Notes: generated by a model not told the origin, from the letters alone. A DNA stretch of 32,000 bases from Candidatus Karelsulcia muelleri (GCF_022985615.1 NZ_CP094965.1:1-32000); one strand, 5' to 3'; counted from the stretch's first letter, positions 19,337 to 28,305 are shown. Made by a program: numbers and translations.

Positions 19337-20444
19337 TGCCTCAACGACTCCTTTGCGAAAGGAAGTTTATATTAGTCTTTTAAAGACTCTAAAAAGATTT
19401 GGTAATCCTTCTTCTAATCATAGTTTAGGTGTATATAATAAATATAATATTGAATATTCTAGAATTAAAATTGCAAAAATTTTAAAGATTTCAGCAGAAG
19501 AAATAATATTTACTTCTAGTGGGACTGAAGCTAATAACTTGATTTTAAGAAATTGTGTTAAAAACTTGAGAGTTCAATGTATAATAACTTCATTATTAGA
19601 ACATAAATCTGTCTTAGAAACAGTTTATGATTTATATTTACAATATGACATTATTGTTAAATTTGTAACTTTTAATAGTAAGGGAGAAATAGATCTTAAT
19701 CATTTAAGAAAATTACTAAAAGAAAATACTAAAATTACATTAGTCAGTTTAATGTATGTTAATAATGAAATAGGAAATATTTTAAATATTAAAAAAGTAA
19801 GTGAAATTTGTCGGGAGTTTAATACATATTTACATTCCGATACTATTCAAGCGATAGGTCATTTAAATTTAAATCTTAATAAATTAAATATACATTTTGC
19901 AAGTGCAAGTGCTCATAAATTTTATGGGCCTTACGGAATTGGTTTTGCTTATATAAAACAAAATATTTCTATTAAATCTTTTATTACTGGAGGACTTCAA
20001 GAAAAAAATAGAAGAGCTGGTACTGAAAACATATATGGAATAATTGGAATGACAGAAGCACTTAAATTAGCTTATAATAATTTAAATTATGAGAAAAATT
20101 ATATTAAAAATATAAAAAAATATTGCATAAAAAAATTACAGAATAATATTCCTAACTTAATTTTTAATGGTTTATCTAAAAATATAAACCAAAGTATCTA
20201 TACTATACTTAGTATAGCTTTTCCTAAAAAATATCTTATAAGTCTTAATTTAGATTTAAAAGGAGTTATAATATCTCAATCTAGTGCCTGTATTTCAAGT
20301 GAATATTCACATGTTTTTAAAGCTTTGTATAAAAAGACAAAGATATATATACAAGATCTTACATTTTTAAGAATTTCTTTTGGAATTTTTAATAAAAAAA
20401 AAGAAATTAAAAAATTTTTAAAACTCTTATTAAGTTTTTTTTAA
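19311..20444 (+). CDS. iscS: Cysteine desulfurase (IscS/NifS family)
   Basis: FLDNASTTPLRKEV, GTEANNLILR, SASAHKFYGPYGIGFAYI (PLP Lys), GGLQEKNRRAGTENI, SQSSACISSEYSHVFKAL (active Cys). Confidence 0.93.
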   Translation: MKRKIFLDNASTTPLRKEVYISLLKTLKRFGNPSSNHSLGVYNKYNIEYSRIKIAKILKISAEEIIFTSSGTEANNLILRNCVKNLRVQCIITSLLEHKSVLETVYDLYLQYDIIVKFVTFNSKGEIDLNHLRKLLKENTKITLVSLMYVNNEIGNILNIKKVSEICREFNTYLHSDTIQAIGHLNLNLNKLNIHFASASAHKFYGPYGIGFAYIKQNISIKSFITGGLQEKNRRAGTENIYGIIGMTEALKLAYNNLNYEKNYIKNIKKYCIKKLQNNIPNLIFNGLSKNINQSIYTILSIAFPKKYLISLNLDLKGVIISQSSACISSEYSHVFKALYKKTKIYIQDLTFLRISFGIFNKKKEIKKFLKLLLSFF

Positions 20445-21898
20445 TAAGATTTAGCAAAAAATACTCTTTGTTTAGAAGAATTTTTACTATATATGCATCT
20501 TCCATTTTGTTTCTTCTTAATATAAGATTTACTTGGAATACATATTATAGAGGCTGACGTTTCTTTTTTTATTTTTTTTTCAATGGTGGTAGAACCATCC
20601 CAATGTGAATATACTATACCACCTTTAGTCTTAATTATTTGTTTAAAATCTTTATAATTATCAACCTTTATAATAAAATCTTTTTGTATTTTTACAGCTT
20701 TTTTTAAAAGGTTTTTTTGTATTTTTTTTAATAAAATAATTATTTTATTTTTGATATTTCTTATCTTATATTTTTTTCTTTTTCTAGTGTCTCTTCTGAA
20801 AACTTCAATATTGCCCTTTTCTATTTCTTTCTTTCCAATAGTTAACCTAATAGGGATTCCTTGAATATCGTATTCATTAAATTTCCATCCGGGTCTGTAA
20901 TTTTTGCGGTTATCATATTTAAATGGTATTTGTTTTTTTTTTAAGAAAATCATTAATTTAGAAACTATTATTTCTAAAATTTTAAAAGAATCAGTTTTTT
21001 GATAGATAGGTATAATAACTACTTGAATTGGAGCAATTTTAGGTGGAATAATCAATCCATATTTATCTGAATGAGTTAAAATGACAGCTCCAATTAATCT
21101 AGTAGAAATACCCCATGATGTCCCCCAAACATGTTTATATATTCCTTTTTTATTAATATATTTAACGTTAAAAGATCTTGAAAAATTTTTCCCTAAAAAA
21201 TGAGAAGTTGCGATTTGCAAGGCTTTACCATCAGGCATAATAGCTTCTAAACAGTATGTAGTTTTTGCTCCAGCAAATTTTTCAAGATTTGTTTTTCTAC
21301 CTTTTATTACTGGAATTGATAAAATATCTTCAATAAAATATTTATACAAATTCAAAATTTGTTTACAATGCCTTATAGCTTCTTTTTTAGTTGAATGAGC
21401 TGTATGTCCTTCTTGTAAAAAAAACTCTGAGTTTCTTAAAAAGAATCTAGGTCGTATTTCCCAACGAATTGTATTAGACCATTGGTTTAATAATATAGGT
21501 AAATCTCTATAAGATATTATCCATCTTTTAAAAGAATCCCAGATTATTGTCTCAGAAGTAGGTCTAATAATTAGTTCATTTTTTAGTTTTGATTCTTTTT
21601 CAAGAATCAATTGATTGTTTTTAAATTTTAAACGACTATGTGTTACAATTGCACATTCTTTTGCAAAACCTTTAATATGATTATATTCTTTTTTTATATC
21701 AGACTTCAAAATTAATAATGGAAAATAAAAATTATTATGTCCAGTTTTTTTTAAAATATAATCTAATTTTTTTTTAATGTTTTCCCATATCTCTAAACCA
21801 TAAGGTTTAAAGATAATACAGCCTCTTATACCTGAATCTTCTGCTATATTAGCTGTTAAAATTATATCTTTATACCAATTTTTAGACCTTAAGCCCAT
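20441..21898 (-). CDS. proS: Prolyl-tRNA synthetase (archaeal/eukaryotic-type)
   Basis: ELIIRPTSETIIWDSFKRWI, NQWSNTIRWEIRPRFFLRNSEFFLQEGHTAH, HVWGTSWGISTRLIGAVILTHSD. Confidence 0.95.
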   Translation of the reverse strand: MGLRSKNWYKDIILTANIAEDSGIRGCIIFKPYGLEIWENIKKKLDYILKKTGHNNFYFPLLILKSDIKKEYNHIKGFAKECAIVTHSRLKFKNNQLILEKESKLKNELIIRPTSETIIWDSFKRWIISYRDLPILLNQWSNTIRWEIRPRFFLRNSEFFLQEGHTAHSTKKEAIRHCKQILNLYKYFIEDILSIPVIKGRKTNLEKFAGAKTTYCLEAIMPDGKALQIATSHFLGKNFSRSFNVKYINKKGIYKHVWGTSWGISTRLIGAVILTHSDKYGLIIPPKIAPIQVVIIPIYQKTDSFKILEIIVSKLMIFLKKKQIPFKYDNRKNYRPGWKFNEYDIQGIPIRLTIGKKEIEKGNIEVFRRDTRKRKKYKIRNIKNKIIILLKKIQKNLLKKAVKIQKDFIIKVDNYKDFKQIIKTKGGIVYSHWDGSTTIEKKIKKETSASIICIPSKSYIKKKQNGRCIYSKNSSKQRVFFAKSY

Positions 21899-21904
21899 TA
21901 TATA

Positions 21905-22062
21905 GATATATTAGATTTATATTTATATTTAGATCTAGATCTAGATATGATAGAGATCTAGAGAGAGATGATAGAGGAGATCTAGATATAGATAGATAGA
22001 TATCTTAGATCTGATAGCTTAGATCTGATATCTTAGATCTAGATATAGATAGATTAGATTAA
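21905..22062. repeat. GATCTAGATATAGATAGATATCTTAGATCTGATA-type simple repeat
   Basis: Repeated agatct/gatatc/tagata units read directly. Confidence 0.85.
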
Positions 22063-22071
22063 TTAATTAAC

Positions 22072-22325
22072 AAATGAGTTAGTTAACTAATTGAATTTAG
22101 TTAACTAAACTTAGTTATTGAATTTAGTTACTCAACTCAAAGGAAACGAAACTAATTGAATTTAGTTACTCAACTCAAACGAAACTAATTGAATTTAGTT
22201 ACTCAACTCAAAGTAAACGAAACTAATTGAATTGAATTTAGTTAACCAACTCAAAGTAAACTAATTAACTAATTGAGTTGAGTTAACAACTAAAACTAAC
22301 CAACTAACTAACTAACTAACTAATT
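22072..22325. repeat. Tandem repeat (about 33-38 bp unit) ATTGAATTTAGTTACTCAACTCAAA(G)(T/G)AAACGAAACTA with inverted GTTAACCAACTCAA/TTGAGTTGAGTTAAC, ending in (ACTA/ACTAACTA)n
   Basis: Three near-identical copies plus a divergent fourth at about 22119-22260. Confidence 0.88.
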
Positions 22326-22372
22326 AAGAAGTAAAGTATATAATAAAGTATATAATAGGAATAGGAAGTAAG

Positions 22373-22457
22373 GGAGAGATGGCAGAGTGGCTTAATGCGG
22401 CGGTCTTGAAAATCGTTGAGTATTAATACTCCGAGGGTTCAAATCCCTCTCTCTCCG
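22373..22457 (+). tRNA. tRNA-Ser (TGA)
   Basis: GGAGAGA TG GCAGAGTGGCTTAATGC G GCGGT CTTGAAA ATCGT TGAGTATTAATACTCCGAGGGTTCAAATCCCTC TCTCTCC G with class II variable arm. Confidence 0.94.
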
Positions 22458-22483
22458 TTTATTTGGGTATTTTAGTTTTTGTT

Positions 22484-22565
22484 TAATTATATAGATGTTT
22501 AATTATATAGATTAATTATATAGATTAATTATATAGATTAATTATATAGATTAATTATATAGATT
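22484..22565. repeat. 13-bp tandem repeat AATTATATAGATT (five perfect copies 22501-22565 plus a near copy at 22484)
   Basis: Read directly. Confidence 0.93.
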
Positions 22566-22600
22566 GTATTATAAGCTTAATAGCATAACAAAAAAGAAAT

Positions 22601-24403
22601 ATGGAAAAAGGAAAAATAAAAGTTACAGCAGAAAATATATTCCCTATAATTAAAAAATTTTTATATTCATATAATGAAATCTTTTTAAGAGAACTAATAA
22701 GTAATGCAGTTGATGCATGTGTTAAAATAAAAACTTTAGCTAATTTAGGAAAATTAAAGATTCAAGTTAATAAACTAGAAATAGAAGTAAAAGTAGATAA
22801 AGATAATAAAATATTAAGAATAGAAGATAATGGGATAGGAATGACAAGAGAAGAAGTAAAGAAATATATTAACCAAATAGCTTTCTCAAGTGCCGAAGAA
22901 TTTCTTAAAAAATATAAGACTGAGGATGCAATTATAGGTAATTTTGGTTTAGGTTTTTATTCTTCTTTTCTTGTTTCAGATAAAGTAGAAATACTTACCA
23001 AATCATACCAAAAAGGAATTAACCCAGTCCATTGGCTTTGTGATGGAACACCTAATTTTATATTACGAGATGCAAAAAAAGAAAAAATAGGTACTGTAAT
23101 TTTATTACACCTAAATGAAAAATTCCAAGAATTTTTAGAAGATTATAAGATACTTGAATTGTTAAAAAAATATTGTAGGTTTATCCCAATTCCTATAAAA
23201 TTTAATAATAAAATAATAAATAATACACAACCTCTATGGAAAAAAAAATCTCTTGAAATTAAGGAGAAAGAATATAGATCTTTTTATAAAGAATTATTTC
23301 CAGAAATTTTAGAGGATCCATTATTGTGGATACATTTGAATATTGAACATCCTTTTAAGTTGACAGGCATTTTGTATTTTTCTCAACTAACTAATCCAAT
23401 GGATCTTAAAAAAGATAAGATTCATTTATATCAAAATCAAGTTTTTGTTACTGAACATTTGGAAGGTATAGTTCCAGATTTTTTAACTTTTTTAAAAGGT
23501 GTAATAGATTCTCCAGACATTCCACTTAATGTTTCAAGATCACATATAAAATCAAATATAACTTTAAAAAAAATTTCTAATTATATTACTCGGAAAATTG
23601 CAGACCGACTCACGAAAATGTTCTTAAAAGATAGAAAGTCTTTTGAAAAAAAATGGAAAAATATAAAACTAATTATAGAATATGGTATGATAAGTGAACC
23701 AATATTTTATGAAAAATCTAAAGCTTTTGCATTATATAGTGATATCAATGGAAAATATTTTTTATTTTCTGAATTCTTAGAAAAGATAAAGAAAAAGCAA
23801 AAATCAAAAGAAAATAAAATAATTTGCTTTTATGCTACTAATTTAGATGAGCAAAATATTTATATAGAAAATGTTTTACAAAAAGGTTATAAAGTATTAT
23901 TACTAGATAGTCAATTAACAGTTCATTTGATACAAAAACTAGAAACGGATATTAATAATCTTTCTTTTGTCCGAGTGGATTCACAAAATATAGATAATCT
24001 TTTTATGGAAAAAAAATGTACTAATCTTACTCAGCAAGAAAAAAATACCTTGAAAAAGGAAATAGGGAAAACCATCGACAAAAAAAAATTTAAAATTAAA
24101 TTCGAAAACCTAAATGAAAATTATCTACCTTTTATAATAAATATACCAGAATTTATACGCCGTATAAATGAAATGAATTTAATGAGAAAAGAAAAAAACT
24201 ATTCTAATTATAATTTAGTTGTAAATACCAATAATAAAATTATAAAAAGAATATTGATAGAAAAAAAAAAGGAAATTAAAAACAAAATAATAAGAGACTC
24301 ACTAGAATTTATATTACTTTGTCATAATCTTTTAAAAAGAAAGAACAAAAATCGTTTAATAAAGAAAATATTAGAAAATATATGTACTTGCTATAAGATT
24401 TGA
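22601..24403 (+). CDS. htpG: Molecular chaperone HtpG (Hsp90)
   Basis: LFLRELISNAVDAC-like region (IFLRELISNAVDACVKIK), RIEDNGIGMTREEV, IGNFGLGFYSSFLVSDKV, GIVPDFLTFLKGVIDSPDIPLNVSR. Confidence 0.96.
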   Translation: MEKGKIKVTAENIFPIIKKFLYSYNEIFLRELISNAVDACVKIKTLANLGKLKIQVNKLEIEVKVDKDNKILRIEDNGIGMTREEVKKYINQIAFSSAEEFLKKYKTEDAIIGNFGLGFYSSFLVSDKVEILTKSYQKGINPVHWLCDGTPNFILRDAKKEKIGTVILLHLNEKFQEFLEDYKILELLKKYCRFIPIPIKFNNKIINNTQPLWKKKSLEIKEKEYRSFYKELFPEILEDPLLWIHLNIEHPFKLTGILYFSQLTNPMDLKKDKIHLYQNQVFVTEHLEGIVPDFLTFLKGVIDSPDIPLNVSRSHIKSNITLKKISNYITRKIADRLTKMFLKDRKSFEKKWKNIKLIIEYGMISEPIFYEKSKAFALYSDINGKYFLFSEFLEKIKKKQKSKENKIICFYATNLDEQNIYIENVLQKGYKVLLLDSQLTVHLIQKLETDINNLSFVRVDSQNIDNLFMEKKCTNLTQQEKNTLKKEIGKTIDKKKFKIKFENLNENYLPFIINIPEFIRRINEMNLMRKEKNYSNYNLVVNTNNKIIKRILIEKKKEIKNKIIRDSLEFILLCHNLLKRKNKNRLIKKILENICTCYKI

Positions 24404-25896
24404 CATTCCATATTATTATAATTATCGATTTTAATAAGTTTTACTTCTTTAAATTTATTGATAAGATTAGGTTTCCATTTAATTTTTGACCTAATGTAGG
24501 TATCTGTAAAACCAAAAATATACCCATTTTTATTTGTTTTTTCAAACAATACTCTATAATGATTAAAAAGATTTTTTAAACAATAATTTTTATTTTTTTG
24601 TTTCGAAAGTAATCTAATAATTTTACTGCGTTTGTAACGCAGAATTTTTGGGATAGTTTCTTTCATAAAATATGCGTCTGTATTTTCTCTTTCTGAATAT
24701 GGAAAAACTTGAATATAAGCTAATTCTAAACTTTTTAATAAATTATAAGTTTCTAAAAAGTTAGATTCTTTTTCGCCCGGAAAGCCTACGATTATATCAG
24801 TCCCTACACAAGCCTCAGGTATAATATTTAATATTTTGTTAACCTTTTTAATATATATTTTTACATTATACCTTCTTTTCATCTTATTTAAGATATAATT
24901 ACTACCTGATTGTAGTGGTAAATGAAAATGAGGAACAAAGATCTTACTTTTTGAAATGAAATTTATTATTCGATTATTTAATAAATTAGGTTCAATAGAA
25001 GAAATTCTTATACGAATTTTGTAATTTATTTTTTGTTCAATTTTATTTAACAAATAAAACAAATCGTATTTTTTTTTATTAAATCCAAAATTTACAAAAT
25101 TTCCAATATTTATACCAGTTAGAACAATTTCTTTAATATTTAGTAAAGCTAGTTTTTTTATAGTCTTTATAATATTATAAATATTTTCTGATCTAGATTT
25201 CCCTCGAAGATTTGGAATAGGACAATAACTACATTTATAATCACATCCATCTTGGATTTTTAGAAAAGATCTCGTACGTGTTTCATTCAATGAAACTGAA
25301 GAATTATAATAATAAGTAGAGTTATAATTATAATTATAATAAGTAGAGTTATAATTATAATTATAATAAGTAGAGTTATAATTATAATAAGTAGAGTTAG
25401 AGTTAGAATAAGAAGTAGAGTTATAATAAGTAGAGTTAGAGTTAGAATAAGAAGTAGAGTTAGTAGAGTTAGTCTTAGCCTTAGCATTAAGAGCAAGAGC
25501 AGTTTTATTTTTTAACTTTAAATAATAAGGTAAATAAAATTTATCTTTAGTTCCAAGTATCAAATTAACATTTTTTAAAATGTTTTCTGTATTTTCTGTA
25601 TTATTTTCTGTCTTATAAATATTTTCTGTCTCTGTCTTATATAATTTCTGCGGAAAACATCCCAATAGGATTATGTATGCATTTTTATTTGTTTTTTTAA
25701 TCTTTCTAATTAAAAGAAAGAAATCTTTTTCTGCATTTTCAGTAATAGTACACGTATTTATTATATAAATATTTGCAAACGTATCCCAAGATACGTATTG
25801 ATAGCCTAAATTTAATAAATTTCTCTTTATTGTAGAGTATTCAGAATAATTTAGTTTACATCCGTAAGTAATGAAAGAGAATCTTAATTTTTCCAT
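24391..25896 (-). CDS. mtaB: MtaB-type tRNA (t6A37) methylthiotransferase, radical SAM
   Basis: TYGCKLNYSE, IINTCTITENAEKD, GC-F (ILLGCFPQ), KIQDGCDYKCSYCPIPNLRGKSRS, TGINIGNF. Confidence 0.88.
   Translation of the reverse strand: MEKLRFSFITYGCKLNYSEYSTIKRNLLNLGYQYVSWDTFANIYIINTCTITENAEKDFFLLIRKIKKTNKNAYIILLGCFPQKLYKTETENIYKTENNTENTENILKNVNLILGTKDKFYLPYYLKLKNKTALALNAKAKTNSTNSTSYSNSNSTYYNSTSYSNSNSTYYNYNSTYYNYNYNSTYYNYNYNSTYYYNSSVSLNETRTRSFLKIQDGCDYKCSYCPIPNLRGKSRSENIYNIIKTIKKLALLNIKEIVLTGINIGNFVNFGFNKKKYDLFYLLNKIEQKINYKIRIRISSIEPNLLNNRIINFISKSKIFVPHFHLPLQSGSNYILNKMKRRYNVKIYIKKVNKILNIIPEACVGTDIIVGFPGEKESNFLETYNLLKSLELAYIQVFPYSERENTDAYFMKETIPKILRYKRSKIIRLLSKQKNKNYCLKNLFNHYRVLFEKTNKNGYIFGFTDTYIRSKIKWKPNLINKFKEVKLIKIDNYNNMECQIL
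25294..25478 (-). repeat. In-frame minisatellite in mtaB encoding NSTYYNYNYNSTYY / NSTSYSNS units
   Basis: Plus strand shows repeated gtagagttataattataattataataa and gtagagttagagttagaataagaa units. Confidence 0.92.
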
Positions 25897-25989
25897 TTCT
25901 AAGTAAGTAAGTGAAAAAAGGTAATCTTAATATATTAATATTAAGATTAATATTAATAGATTAAGAAGCAAATAAAAAATAAAAAAATA

Positions 25990-26343
25990 ATGAAAAATAT
26001 TAATATTAATATTAATATTAATAAATATTTATCAGTAAAATCAGGAAAATATAAAAAAAAATATGTCTTTAAAGCAGGAGATACAGTAAATGTAGATTAC
26101 GAAATTAAAGAAGGTGATAAAAATAGAATACAATCTTTTAAAGGTATAATAATTAAAAAGCAAGCAAATAGTACATTTACAATTAGAAAATTTAGTGGAA
26201 CAATTGGTGTAGAAAGAATATTTCCCATAAATTCACCTATTATTAAAAACATTAAAATTATTAGTTCTGGAAAAGTTAGAAGATCAAAAATTTATTATTT
26301 GAGAAACTTAAGAGGAAAACAAGCTAAAATAAAAAGCATATAA
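25990..26343 (+). CDS. rplS: 50S ribosomal protein L19
   Basis: FKAGDTVNVDYEIKEGDKNRIQSFKGIIIKKQ, FTIRKFSGTIGVERIFPINSPIIKNIKII, GKVRRSKIYYLRNLRGKQAKI. Confidence 0.95.
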   Translation: MKNININININKYLSVKSGKYKKKYVFKAGDTVNVDYEIKEGDKNRIQSFKGIIIKKQANSTFTIRKFSGTIGVERIFPINSPIIKNIKIISSGKVRRSKIYYLRNLRGKQAKIKSI

Positions 26344-26354
26344 AATAATAAAAT

Positions 26355-28169
26355 ATGGCTTTTCAAATTACTAATGAATGTATAAATTGTGGAGCTTGTG
26401 AATTAGAATGTCCAAATAATGCCATTATTAATAATAATGCCATTAATAATGCCATTAATAATGCTATTGCCATTAATAATGCCATTGCCATTAATAATGC
26501 CATTGCCATTAATAATGCCATTGCCATTAATAATGCCATTAATGCCAATAATGATGCCATTTATGAAAGTAAAGAGAAGAAAGAGAAGAAGAATAGGTAT
26601 TTTATAGTACCAGAGAAATGTACTGAATGTATTGGTAAATATGAAAAGCCTCAATGTGTGACAGTATGTCCAGTTAATTGTATAAAAAAGTATAAAAGTA
26701 TAAAAAAAGAAAAAAGAAAAAAGAAAAATAATAAAATTTCTTTTAAAGAAATTGTATCACATGCAAAACAATATGGCTTTGTTTTTCCTAGTAGTGAAAT
26801 CTATGATGGCATAAATGCAATTTATGATTATGGTCAATATGGAATATATTTAAAAAATAATATTAAAGAATACTGGTGGAAATCAATGATACAAATTAAT
26901 GAAAATATAATTGGATTGGATACTAGTATATTAATGCATCCTAATATCTGGAAAGCTTCCGGTCATGTTTATAAATTCAAAGAAATATTTTTATATAATG
27001 AAGATACTAAATATAGTTACCGACTTGATTTATTTCTCGAAAATTATTTCCAAGAAAAAAATATTAGAAATAAAGAAAAAAATCTAAAAAATAATCTTAT
27101 AAAATATATATATAAAAAATTTAAAGAAAATGATAAAGAGAAAATCTTAAGATTAATAAATAAAATTAAGAGTAAGAAAAACTTAAGGAAATGGACTAAA
27201 ATATATGAGTATAATTTAATGTTCAAAATACCATTAAAAGAACATGAAAAGAAAAATTTTTATTTACGTCCAGAAACAGCACAAGGAATTTTTACCAATT
27301 TTTTAAATGTCCTAAATACTAGTAAAATGAAAATCCCATTTGGGATAGCTCAAATAGGAAAAGTGTTTAGAAAGGAAATAATAGCTAGACAATTTCTTTT
27401 TAGAATGCGAGAATTTGAACAAATGGAAATGCAATTTTTTATTTTTCCTAATCAGGAAAAGAAATGGTTGGAATACTGGAAAAACAACCGTCTAAAATGG
27501 CATTTATCATTAGGATTAGGTGAAAAAAAATATAGATTTTATGAACATGAACAATTAGCACATTATGCTAAAAAGGCATATGATATTCAATTTAAATTTC
27601 CTTTTGGTTTTAAAGAATTAGAAGGGATTCATTCAAGAACAAATTTCGATCTTAAAAATCATGAAAAATATAGCAAAAAAAGATTTAGAGTTTTTGATAA
27701 AGAAAAAAACAATTTTTCTATTCCATATATAATAGAAACTTCTGTTGGATTAGATAGGATTTTTTTAGCAGTTTTTTCTTCATCTTTAAAGAAGGAAACA
27801 ATTAAAGACACAAAAAAAGAAAGAATTATATTAAAAATTAATCCTGCTTTATCTCCAATTAAAGCTGCTATCTTTCCTTTAATTCAAGACAAAAGGTTAA
27901 TTTCTTTAGCTAAAGAAATTTATAAAAAATTAAAATTAGATTTTATTTTAATATATGAAGAAAAGGATTCGATTGGTAAGAGATATAGAAGACAAGATGC
28001 TATAGGGACTCCAATTTGTGTAACAATAGATTTCAAAACTTTAAAAGATAAATGTGTAACTATGAGATTTAGAGATAAAATGTTGCAAAAAAGGGTATTA
28101 ATTAAAGATTTAAAGAGGGAAATTAAAAAAGAAACCAGTATGAAAAAACTGTTTCAGTTACTTAGATAG
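26355..28169 (+). CDS. glyS: Fusion ORF: N-terminal 4Fe-4S dicluster ferredoxin + glycyl-tRNA synthetase (GlyQS type)
   Basis: Ferredoxin: CINCGACELECP and CTECIGKYEKPQCVTVCPVNC. GlyRS: SHAKQYGFVFPSSEIYDGINAIYDYGQYG, LRPETAQGIFTNF, GIAQIGKVFRKEI, RTNFDLKNH. Confidence 0.93.
   Translation: MAFQITNECINCGACELECPNNAIINNNAINNAINNAIAINNAIAINNAIAINNAIAINNAINANNDAIYESKEKKEKKNRYFIVPEKCTECIGKYEKPQCVTVCPVNCIKKYKSIKKEKRKKKNNKISFKEIVSHAKQYGFVFPSSEIYDGINAIYDYGQYGIYLKNNIKEYWWKSMIQINENIIGLDTSILMHPNIWKASGHVYKFKEIFLYNEDTKYSYRLDLFLENYFQEKNIRNKEKNLKNNLIKYIYKKFKENDKEKILRLINKIKSKKNLRKWTKIYEYNLMFKIPLKEHEKKNFYLRPETAQGIFTNFLNVLNTSKMKIPFGIAQIGKVFRKEIIARQFLFRMREFEQMEMQFFIFPNQEKKWLEYWKNNRLKWHLSLGLGEKKYRFYEHEQLAHYAKKAYDIQFKFPFGFKELEGIHSRTNFDLKNHEKYSKKRFRVFDKEKNNFSIPYIIETSVGLDRIFLAVFSSSLKKETIKDTKKERIILKINPALSPIKAAIFPLIQDKRLISLAKEIYKKLKLDFILIYEEKDSIGKRYRRQDAIGTPICVTIDFKTLKDKCVTMRFRDKMLQKRVLIKDLKREIKKETSMKKLFQLLR
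26427..26561 (+). repeat. In-frame (GCCATTAATAAT / GCCATTGCCATTAATAAT) repeat, 45 codons inside the ferredoxin part
   Basis: Encodes INNNAINNAINNAIAINNAIAINNAIAINNAIAINNAINANNDAI. Confidence 0.95.
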
Positions 28170-28239
28170 ATAGATATGATCACAGCAACTGTTTCAGTTA
28201 CTTAGCAACTGTTTCAGTTACTTAGATATGATCACAGCA
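28147..28239. repeat. Tandem copies of the glyS 3' end (x3) interleaved with a copy of the tRNA-Arg acceptor end (x2)
   Basis: aactgtttcagttacttag at 28147-28165, 28187-28205, 28207-28225; gatatgatcacagca at 28173-28187 and 28225-28239. Confidence 0.93.
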
Positions 28240-28301
28240 GGAGTCGAACCTGCAACCTACTGCTTAGAAGGCAGTTGCTCTATCCATTGAGCTATGTGAC
28301 C
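28229..28301 (-). tRNA. tRNA-Arg (TCT)
   Basis: GGTCACA TA GCTCAATGGATAGAGC A ACTGC CTTCTAA GCAGT AGGTT GCAGG TTCGACT CCTGC TGTGATC A. Confidence 0.93.
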
Positions 28302-28305
28302 AATA

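Noticed and set aside
22072-22325. CRISPR-like array
   Set aside because: Repeats are contiguous or separated only by slippage variants. There are no unique spacers of regular length and no cas genes nearby.
25287-25496. 69-aa Leu/Ile-rich ORF (LLMLRLRLTLLTLL...) as a possible membrane protein
   Set aside because: It is a shadow reading frame of the mtaB minisatellite; composition is dictated by the repeat.
26363-26654. ORFs MASLLALMALLMAMALLMAM..., MPLLIIMPLIMPL... and MRLFIFTNTF... as repeat proteins
   Set aside because: Alternative frames or antisense of the glyS-ferredoxin in-frame repeat; the ferredoxin/GlyRS frame explains this DNA.
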